DNA from: Patescibacteria group bacterium
GTDB lineage: Bacteria > Patescibacteriota > Minisyncoccia > Portnoybacterales > GWB1-42-6
Direction: 5' to 3'
Assembly: GCA_018818145.1 (NCBI GenBank)
Contig: JAHIST010000036.1
Location: 6,103-30,102 of the forward strand
Length of the DNA: 24,000 nt
Below are positions 6,776 to 12,768 of this stretch, piece by piece. The notes beneath the pieces were generated by a model. The model ran no database searches, had not been told where the DNA came from, and worked only from the letters and a program-made list of their open reading frames with translations. The first letter of the stretch is position 1. The number at the start of each line of letters is the position of its first letter. Position numbers and translations under genes: made by a program.

Positions 6776-6855
6776 AATAATGACTTCTTATCTTATTATA
6801 AAGCCATCATTATTTATAGTCAACCAGTTTCTTAATAAACAACTGCTCTCTTACA

Positions 6856-7887
6856 TTAACTCTCTGGATACGCTTCTTTTATCAAATTTTGCTTGTCTTT
6901 AAAATATTCGCGCACGGGTTTCAAAATTTCCGCAATTTCGCACGCTACGGTTTTTTTCAAATCCTGCGGATGCAATTTTTTGGCCAAAAAATCTTTTTCC
7001 AAATCAGTATAAGTTTTGTATTCAATATTGCCGCCGAATTTTTCCGGCCGCTCAACGGAGAACAGTTCTCCGTTATCTTCTTTCAAAACCGTCAAAACAT
7101 ATTTCACAAAAGCCATTATGCCGTTGTCCGTTAAATCCCCTTCCGGACAATAGGCTTTGTTAATTTTAGCGGTAATATCAGCCTCGCTGTCAAGCAAATC
7201 AATTTTTGAACTGGGGTCGGAAGCACTCATTTTCCCGCCCATAATTCCGGGCAGCATCGGCGTCATAATTTCCACGCGCTTTTTTTGTCCAATTTTTGGA
7301 TGCGACTCGCGCGCAAAACCAAAAATTTTTCGCTGGTCAGTGCCGCCGTATTGAATATCCGCTCCTAAATATTCTTCGTCAAGCGTCTGTAAAATTGGAT
7401 ATAAAAATCCGCTCAATTTGGGATTTTCGCCAAATTTGACGACTTCCGCAGCCGCGTGTTTGGCGCGGTCAGCGCTGGTTAAGGCCGCCAACCGATAAAC
7501 ATCCAGCGTATATTTTTTATCCAGCTCAAAATCAGAGCCTTTTACAAATTCAATTTTTGAAACATCAACGCCAATAGCCCCATAAAGTTCGGCTAGCTCT
7601 ATTTTGTAAAATTCAACTCGCTTATCCAAAAGCTCAAAGGGTGTCTTCGTATTATCCAAATGGGCGTGAATGTCGGCCAGAAGAATTTTCACGCGCAAAC
7701 CGGCGTCCACAAAATCCTTAATTTTTATCGCCGGAATCATATAGCCGATGTGCGGCCGACCGGTGGGCGCGTAGCCTAAATAAACCACCGGCTCTTTTTT
7801 GGTTTTTAAAAGTTCCGCCAACTCTTCCTCCGTCAAAATCTCTTCAGTGTTGCGTTTGATTAAATTTAGTTTTTGTTCAATCGTCAT
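6856..7887 (-). CDS. tyrS: tyrosyl-tRNA synthetase, archaeal/eukaryotic-type (short form without S4-like C-terminal domain)
   Basis: 343-aa ORF, collinear with my recollection of M. jannaschii TyrRS: LIKRNTEEILTEEEL, PTGRPHIGY (HIGH), LLADIHAHL, YTLDVYRLA, YPILQ, KMSAS (KMSKS), KAYCP, RPEKFGGNIEY, LHPQDLK. Confidence 0.93.
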   Translation of the reverse strand: MTIEQKLNLIKRNTEEILTEEELAELLKTKKEPVVYLGYAPTGRPHIGYMIPAIKIKDFVDAGLRVKILLADIHAHLDNTKTPFELLDKRVEFYKIELAELYGAIGVDVSKIEFVKGSDFELDKKYTLDVYRLAALTSADRAKHAAAEVVKFGENPKLSGFLYPILQTLDEEYLGADIQYGGTDQRKIFGFARESHPKIGQKKRVEIMTPMLPGIMGGKMSASDPSSKIDLLDSEADITAKINKAYCPEGDLTDNGIMAFVKYVLTVLKEDNGELFSVERPEKFGGNIEYKTYTDLEKDFLAKKLHPQDLKKTVACEIAEILKPVREYFKDKQNLIKEAYPES

Positions 7888-7988
7888 TTCAAATACTGGG
7901 TAATTAATGCTTATTTATGACAAAAAGCGTTCCTCCTAAATAGGGTAACTGTTTTTGCGGTCTTTTTCAAGGGCGCGATTATCCCGCC

Positions 7989-8693
7989 CTATCGCCCTCG
8001 TCGTATCTCCCGCTTGGAAAATTCCTCCAAAATTGATTCAAATTCACTTTTGGTGAAATCCGGCCAATAGGTTTTGGGAAAAAACCATTCGCTGTAAACT
8101 GTTTGCCAGGGCAAAAAATTTGATGTGCGAATTTCGCCGGAAGTACGAATTACCAGCTGCGGGTCGGGCAATCCGGCCGTCCAAAGAAATTGAGAAAATT
8201 GCTCTTCGGTCAAACCAGAGATTTCTTCTTTGGTTTTTTCGCTGCTGACTTTTTTAACCGCCTCCAAAATCTCCGCCCGGCCGCCATAAGACAGGCAAAT
8301 AATAAAATTGATGCCGAAAAAATTAGCAGTCGCTTTTTCTAATTTTTTTATAACCATTCTAATGGCCGGCGAAAAGCGCCCAATTTGGCCGACAAATCTG
8401 ATCCGGGCTTTTTCTTTTATTAACGCCCCGGCGCCCTGCCCAAAAGTCCGTAAAAAAAGCTTCATCAGGTAAGCCACCTCTTCTTTTTTGCGTATCCAGT
8501 TTTCGGTTGAAAAAGCGTAAATATAGACGGTGGAAATGCCAAATTCTCTTGCCCATCGCAAAACTTCTTTTAGTTTATCATAGCCAAACTTATGGCCCTT
8601 CATGACTGACAGTCCCCGTTCGCTGGCCCAGCGGCGATTACCGTCAATAATAATGCCGATTGATTGGGGGTATTTGGTTTGATTATTTTTCAT
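7989..8693 (-). CDS. uppS: undecaprenyl-diphosphate synthase (cis-prenyltransferase)
   Basis: IIIDGNRRWA, YAFSTENW and RTSGEIRTSNFLPWQ are family signatures. I chose the ATG at 8693 over the track's TTG at 8747, which lies inside acyP. The chosen start overlaps the acyP stop by 11 nt. Confidence 0.9.
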   Translation of the reverse strand: MKNNQTKYPQSIGIIIDGNRRWASERGLSVMKGHKFGYDKLKEVLRWAREFGISTVYIYAFSTENWIRKKEEVAYLMKLFLRTFGQGAGALIKEKARIRFVGQIGRFSPAIRMVIKKLEKATANFFGINFIICLSYGGRAEILEAVKKVSSEKTKEEISGLTEEQFSQFLWTAGLPDPQLVIRTSGEIRTSNFLPWQTVYSEWFFPKTYWPDFTKSEFESILEEFSKREIRRGR

Positions 8694-8964
8694 ATAATAT
8701 TTTAAAATCTGAAAATTCTGATGTCTCCGGCAGCCATTTTTCTTCAAGCCTGTCCACGCGCGCTAAAACAGGTCCTTTTTTTAAATCTTCCAGCAACAGA
8801 CTAAGTTTTTCCTCTTCTCCTTCCGCCGTCACAAAAACCGAACCGTCTTTTAAATTTTTCACCGTCCCGGCCAAACCAAGTCTGCTGGCCCTACGTTGGG
8901 CAAAATCGCGAAACATTACCAGCTGGACCCGGCCGAAAACAATACATTCCAATCGCTTTTTCAT
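8683..8964 (-). CDS. acyP: acylphosphatase
   Basis: VFGRVQLVMFRDFAQRRASRLGLAGTVKNLKDGSVFVTAEGEE matches the acylphosphatase signature. I prefer the ATG at 8964 to the GTG at 8970. Confidence 0.85.
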   Translation of the reverse strand: MKKRLECIVFGRVQLVMFRDFAQRRASRLGLAGTVKNLKDGSVFVTAEGEEEKLSLLLEDLKKGPVLARVDRLEEKWLPETSEFSDFKILYEK

Positions 8965-9239
8965 AAACACTTAACCAGAGTATTTTTTATTATTGCCTTT
9001 GCCGCGCTCTATCTAAAAACCGCCCCAAAGGCGATTTTCCCCTTTATACTTAAGCAATTTAAACCGAACGAATTACTCTTGCCTCGGCTAATTAAAGTCC
9101 CTTTTATAAATTTAGTGTCCACTGCACCGATCTGGGACCCATGGACTTTGAATCCAGTGGTGGGTTTTTCAGCCTTCCTTTATTATCTCTTGCACAAGCC
9201 CCCGGTCGGGGTGTTTGTTCGGAAAACCCAAGACAAAAC

Positions 9240-9788
9240 TTAATGGGGCAGATTAGCAATAAGACTGGTAAATATGGGATGTTGGCTTAAAAATTTATAT
9301 TCCAGCAATTTGTTCACGATAAAAAAATCTTTGATTTCCGAGGACAGCTCTTTGGGTCCGGTGAATAAATCTTGGGCTTGTTTTATCGAATCCTTAAAAT
9401 ATTCGCTCAAACTCTCAGTATCCACTTTTTGTTCCAAATAATTAATTATTTTTTTGAATTCTCCTCTGTCCAGCCATACCCCGTGACAGGAATTACAGAC
9501 GTCTACTTGAATATCTGATTTATTATAATTAACTTGATATAGATTTTTATCGCAAACCGGACAAATCTTTCCTGAAAAAACAACCTTAAAGCCTTCTTTG
9601 TTTTTCCAAAGGTCAATATCAAGCCATTCTAAAAATTTATCCTCCTCGGCTACCGTCTTACTCAATTCATCGCGATTAAACCAAAGTCCTTGACATTGGT
9701 CGCACCTGGCGACTTTAGTTTTATGAAATGCAATCTGCCTTAAACTATCACTTTTACAATTTGGACAAACCAAAATATTTTTTTCCAT
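9240..9788 (-). CDS. tandem zinc-ribbon protein (TFIIB-type zf domain x2), hypothetical
   Basis: 182-aa ORF with an ATG start. It has two CPxC...C(D/N)xC(Q/H)G(L/V)W(F/L)(N/D)R modules (CPNCKS..CDQCQGLWFNRDE and CPVCDK..CNSCHGVWLDRGE). Confidence 0.7.
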   Translation of the reverse strand: MEKNILVCPNCKSDSLRQIAFHKTKVARCDQCQGLWFNRDELSKTVAEEDKFLEWLDIDLWKNKEGFKVVFSGKICPVCDKNLYQVNYNKSDIQVDVCNSCHGVWLDRGEFKKIINYLEQKVDTESLSEYFKDSIKQAQDLFTGPKELSSEIKDFFIVNKLLEYKFLSQHPIFTSLIANLPH

Positions 9789-9834
9789 ATGAAGGATTCC
9801 TTTTTTATTATAATTTATTTCTTAACTTACGAGG

Positions 9835-9907
9835 TCCAGGGGGTAGGAGTCGAACCTACCTGAAACGGTTTTACAGACCGCCGCATCGACCGCTCTGCCA
9901 CCCCTGG
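9835..9907 (-). tRNA. trnY: tRNA-Tyr(GUA) with C1-G72, A73 and a 5-nt variable loop (archaeal/eukaryal-like architecture)
   Basis: Fold: CCAGGGG-UG-GCAG-AGCGGUCG-AUGC-G-GCGGU-CUGUAAA-ACCGU-UUCAG-GUAGG-UUCGACU-CCUAC-CCCCUGG-A. It lacks the long variable arm that typifies bacterial tRNA-Tyr. Confidence 0.9.
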
Positions 9908-9952
9908 GTCTAAATAACCAGTATGTGCAAGAGTCGCCCCGCAGCAGCGGGG

Positions 9953-10029
9953 TTACAGACCGCCGCATCGACCGCTCTGCTTGCCTCGCCGAAGTCCCGC
10001 AGACGGGACGAAGGCGGGCCACCTCCTGG
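9953..10029 (-). pseudogene. partial 5'-half copy of tRNA-Tyr carrying a ~40-nt GC-rich hairpin insertion in the D-stem
   Basis: A 28-nt perfect direct repeat (9953-9980 = 9871-9898) covers the D-arm through anticodon-loop nt 37. The upstream acceptor-like CCAGGAGG-UG-GC is followed by the insertion CCGCCUUC-GUCCCGUCUGCGGGAC-UUCGGCGAGGC. The copy stops after CUGUAA and has no T arm or 3' acceptor. Confidence 0.6.
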
Positions 10030-10081
10030 CTATTATAATTCTTAATAAAATTCTACCATCTTTTACATATAAGTCCAGTCT

Positions 10082-10106
10082 AAACAAAAATACGGCTTAC
10101 TCAGCC
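10082..10106 (-). terminator. terminator-like hairpin between the Thr cluster and the Tyr cluster
   Basis: Minus strand reads GGCU-GAGUA-AGCC followed by GUAUUUUUGUUU. Confidence 0.4.
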
Positions 10107-10173
10107 ATATCAACGAAGAGCCAGCGGCCCCGCTAAGCGGGGCGACCTATTTACCCCGTTACATTCGTTGAAG

Positions 10174-10403
10174 AGCCGAGGGCGAGATTCGAACTCGCGG
10201 CCAGCGGTTTACAAAACCGCTGCTCTACTTCACCCCGCCATCTTTTATCTAGAGCCACCTCTCGGGCTCGAACCGAGAACCTGATGCTTACAAAGCAACT
10301 GCTCTGCCAATTGAGCTAAGGTGGCAAAAGATGGCGGGGCAAGCTGCCGCCCCGACACGACGTCGGGGCGAGCCTCGCCCTTTTGGGCGGGAGCTACCTC
10401 GGC
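10174..10403 (-). pseudogene. interrupted (split or intron-containing) tRNA-Thr(UGU): a 13-nt 5' piece and a 59-nt 3' piece separated by a 158-nt D-loop insertion
   Basis: The 5' piece is GCCGAGG-UA-GCUC (10403-10391). The 3' piece is UGAAGUA-GAGC-A-GCGGU-UUUGUAA-ACCGC-UGGCC-GCGAG-UUCGAAU-CUCGC-CCUCGGC-U (10232-10174). The acceptor, D, anticodon and T stems would all pair perfectly once the insertion is ignored. Confidence 0.5.
10253..10325 (-). tRNA. trnT: tRNA-Thr(UGU), intact, embedded in the insertion of the interrupted tRNA-Thr(UGU)
   Basis: Fold: GCCACCU-UA-GCUC-AAUUGGCA-GAGC-A-GUUGC-UUUGUAA-GCAUC-AGGUU-CUCGG-UUCGAGC-CCGAG-AGGUGGC-U. There is one U-U mismatch in the anticodon stem. Confidence 0.93.
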
Positions 10404-10420
10404 AAATGTAACGGGGCGGG

Positions 10421-10446
10421 CAAAACCGTTGCTCTGCCATTGAGTC
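10421..10446 (-). pseudogene. third tRNA-Thr(UGU)-like fragment (D-arm to anticodon nt 35)
   Basis: GACUCAAUGGCAGAGCAACGGUUUUG resembles the D-arm of the intact copy and the anticodon stem of the interrupted copy. It has no acceptor or 3' half. Confidence 0.4.
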
Positions 10447-10580
10447 CCGAAAATTACAAAATCTAAGATTTTGATAATTTTCGAGGATCCTCGACAATTC
10501 TAAAAATCAAAGATTTTCGAATTGTCGAGACTACGCTGGCACATAGGTGTGAGATTCTATTTGGGCCACTCCTAAAAAGA

Positions 10581-11369
10581 CTAAGTAGCGCCTTGCTGTT
10601 TCTTTGCTCTCAACCCCTTAATCTCATTCAATTTATTTTTTACTTCTTCATCCTGCGGATTTAATTTGAGCGCCCTTCTGAAACAGGCTCGCGCGTCGCT
10701 ATAATTTTTTTGATTAAGATATAAAAATCCCAGCGCCCGATACGCATCAACATCTTTGTGATTCTCGGCGATGCGATCAATGTGTTTTTTTTCTTCTTCG
10801 GTTACGGCTGTATTTTCTACGGCGGGCGAAACAACATTCGCCTCGCTATTTAAAATTTCTGGCTGAACCAATGGAATTACTTCGGCCGTCTCGCCATTTA
10901 CCATCGCTTCAATTTTTTCTTTTAAAGCATTATCCTCTTCTTTGGCCACTTCCTGTTTAATTTTTTCCAAAGTTTCTGAAACCTCCACTTTATCAAGCCT
11001 TTCTAAAACCTGCAGTTTTTCTCTTTTTTTCAACCGCCGGTGCTCGCTCCAGGCGTGAGACCTGATCTTCCAAACTTGCGACTTTTCCCTTGATCGTTTA
11101 ATCAGCCCGACAAAAAAATTATCTATTTTTAAAATAAAAAGTCTCAATCTGCGAAGGCTTTTCTCAAGCGACTCCAAGACCAACGGCCGATAGGTTGAAT
11201 ACCTCAACGCCTTAATTTTGTTTTTTATTCCTTCAGCCAGGCTCGTTTGCGGCAAAGTCGGAAATTCCTCTGTTTTAACAAGCGTGGGGATTTTTCTCGC
11301 TATCATAAAAACCACCCCCGCAAAACCGCCGATAGCCAAAATTAAACCGACTATTGTCACCAAAGACAT
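10581..11369 (-). CDS. membrane-anchored protein with C-terminal TPR-like repeat, hypothetical
   Basis: 262-aa ORF with an ATG start. It has an N-terminal TM helix (VTIVGLILAIGGFAGVVFMIA), a charged coiled-coil-like middle, and a C-terminal TPR-like motif (AYRALGFLYLNQKNYSDARACFRRALKLNPQD). Confidence 0.7.
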   Translation of the reverse strand: MSLVTIVGLILAIGGFAGVVFMIARKIPTLVKTEEFPTLPQTSLAEGIKNKIKALRYSTYRPLVLESLEKSLRRLRLFILKIDNFFVGLIKRSREKSQVWKIRSHAWSEHRRLKKREKLQVLERLDKVEVSETLEKIKQEVAKEEDNALKEKIEAMVNGETAEVIPLVQPEILNSEANVVSPAVENTAVTEEEKKHIDRIAENHKDVDAYRALGFLYLNQKNYSDARACFRRALKLNPQDEEVKNKLNEIKGLRAKKQQGAT

Positions 11370-11378
11370 ATTTCAAGT

Positions 11379-11828
11379 TTAAATTTCAAAACGCACAAAT
11401 TTTATTACTTTAATATTCTCCCCCAATTTTCCGACAGCTTCATTGGTTAAGTCTTGGGCTGTCTGCTCGGGATTTTTGACAAATGGCTGTGCCAAAAGCT
11501 CTTCAACGTTTTGGGGATTCGTGGCCGAAATTTGCAGACACAGCTCGTGTGCCAGATTTTTGAAATTTTCATTGCGCGCCACAAAATCCGTCTCGCAGCC
11601 CAACTCCAGCAGAACGCCGATTTTTCCGTTGGTATGAATATAGGAATCTACCAAGCCGGCTTTAATTTGGCGCTCCGCTTTTTTTTCGGCCATGGCCGCG
11701 CCGCGCCTGCCCAAAATTTCCAGTGCTTTTTGCTCCTCGCCCTCAGCTTCTTCAAGGGCTTTCTTACACTCAATTATTGAGGCGCCTGTTTTGGCTCTTA
11801 AATTTTTTACCGCTTCTGCTGAAATCAT
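11379..11828 (-). CDS. tsf: elongation factor Ts, very short form (149 aa)
   Basis: VKNLRAKTGASIIECKKALEEAEG (UBA-like N-terminus) and LGCETDFVARNENF (core TDFVA motif). It lies directly downstream of rpsB, as in most bacteria. Confidence 0.9.
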   Translation of the reverse strand: MISAEAVKNLRAKTGASIIECKKALEEAEGEEQKALEILGRRGAAMAEKKAERQIKAGLVDSYIHTNGKIGVLLELGCETDFVARNENFKNLAHELCLQISATNPQNVEELLAQPFVKNPEQTAQDLTNEAVGKLGENIKVIKFVRFEI

Positions 11829-11837
11829 AAATTTCCT

Positions 11838-11867
11838 ACCAATTACTAATTAAAACCAATTACTAAT
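11838..11867. repeat. 13-bp direct repeat ACCAATTACTAAT x2 in the rpsB-tsf spacer
   Basis: The copies lie at 11838-11850 and 11855-11867, just upstream of the tsf start. Confidence 0.6.
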
Positions 11868-11904
11868 AAGAATATATAGGCAAGGCTGGCTATTGAGAAA
11901 AAAT

Positions 11905-12660
11905 CTAACTCTCTTTATTTTTCTTTTCTACGTCAACAACCGCCACCGGCTTCACCTCTTTTAAATTATTAACGATTGTTTCAACCAAAAGCTTGAGAGC
12001 GGAAGAAGCATCGTCATTGGCCGAAATAACATAGTCAACCATTGAAGGGTCGGCATTGGAATCACAAATAGCCGCTACCGGAATGTTTATCCTTTTGGCC
12101 TCTCTTATGGCCAAATTGTCTACTTTAACATCAATTACAAAAATGGCATTTGGCAATTTAACCAGATTTTTAATGCCTTCGAGCTGCCCGTGCAGTTTTG
12201 TCAGACGCTTTTGCAGCTGACCTCGTTCTTTTTTGGTATATTTTTCCCAGCCGCCGGTTTTTTGCTGTTCTTCAAGGTCTCGATAATACTGCAGCCGCTT
12301 GGTGATGGTTTTAAAATTTGTCAAAGTTCCGCCCAGCCAGCGCTCCGAAACATAGGGCCAGCCGAGGGTTTGTCCGGCCTGTTTAATAATGTTTTTAGCC
12401 GCTGGCTTTGTTCCTACCAGTAAAACCGTTCCGCCCCGCTGCAAGACAGAACGCATAAAAATTAAAGCCTCTTCAAGTTTTTTAGCGGTCTTTTCCAGGT
12501 CAAAAATGTGGACATCGGCTTTGGCCGTAAAGATATAGCGCTCCATTTTGGGATGCCAACGGGAAGTTTTGTGCCCAAAATGAACACCCGCCTCAAGCAT
12601 TTCCTGCGCCGACGGCAATCTCAATTCACCCTCCGTTTTGGTATTTTTTTCGTCAGTCAT
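11905..12660 (-). CDS. rpsB: 30S ribosomal protein S2
   Basis: MLEAGVHFGHKTSRWHPKM and downstream S2 signatures. I prefer the ATG at 12660, because the track's start at 12693 lies inside the predicted promoter spacer and -10 element. Confidence 0.93.
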   Translation of the reverse strand: MTDEKNTKTEGELRLPSAQEMLEAGVHFGHKTSRWHPKMERYIFTAKADVHIFDLEKTAKKLEEALIFMRSVLQRGGTVLLVGTKPAAKNIIKQAGQTLGWPYVSERWLGGTLTNFKTITKRLQYYRDLEEQQKTGGWEKYTKKERGQLQKRLTKLHGQLEGIKNLVKLPNAIFVIDVKVDNLAIREAKRINIPVAAICDSNADPSMVDYVISANDDASSALKLLVETIVNNLKEVKPVAVVDVEKKNKES

Positions 12661-12681
12661 AGATTTATTTTTTATATATCC

Positions 12682-12710
12682 AGTATATCGCAAAAATTTA
12701 AAAAAGGCAA
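12682..12710 (-). promoter_or_regulatory. sigma70-like promoter for rpsB-tsf
   Basis: Minus strand reads TTGCCT (12710-12705), a 17-nt spacer, then TATACT (12687-12682), about 20 nt upstream of the ATG at 12660. Confidence 0.55.
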
Positions 12711-12720
12711 CCCTGAATAT

Positions 12721-12757
12721 AAAAATCGGCTGGACCCCCGAGATGAGAGATCCAGCC
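12721..12757 (-). terminator. Rho-independent terminator after the frameshifted gene
   Basis: Minus strand reads GGCUGGA-(16 nt)-UCCAGCC followed by GAUUUUUAU. Confidence 0.55.
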
Positions 12758-12768
12758 TAGTCATTTGT

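Noticed and set aside
9119-9169. Possible tRNA-Gln(UUG) on the plus strand or tRNA-Leu(CAA) on the minus strand
   Set aside because: Only an anticodon-arm-like hairpin is present. There is no acceptor stem, D-arm GG or T-loop consensus, so I kept it only as a low-interest remnant or sRNA note.
8896-9243. Plus-strand 115-aa ORF
   Set aside because: It begins antisense inside acyP and crosses an AT-rich spacer. It has no RBS and no recognisable domain, and every real neighbouring gene is on the other strand.
9871-9980. Possible CRISPR array suggested by the perfect 28-nt direct repeat
   Set aside because: There are only two copies. The repeat is the D-arm/anticodon half of tRNA-Tyr, and no cas genes or further repeat-spacer units are present.
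9822-10497. ORFs 9822..10022 and 10288..10497
   Set aside because: They run straight through tRNA genes and GC-rich hairpins on the tRNA-coding strand. They are Arg/Pro/Gly-rich artefacts.
12661-12693. Track start codons for rpsB (12693), uppS (8747), rplY (18312), the 80-aa ORF (4585) and the ferredoxin (18575)
   Set aside because: Most of these upstream starts are non-ATG codons. They lie inside a promoter or a neighbouring gene, or add implausible leaders. Downstream ATGs fit homolog N-termini and RBS positions better.
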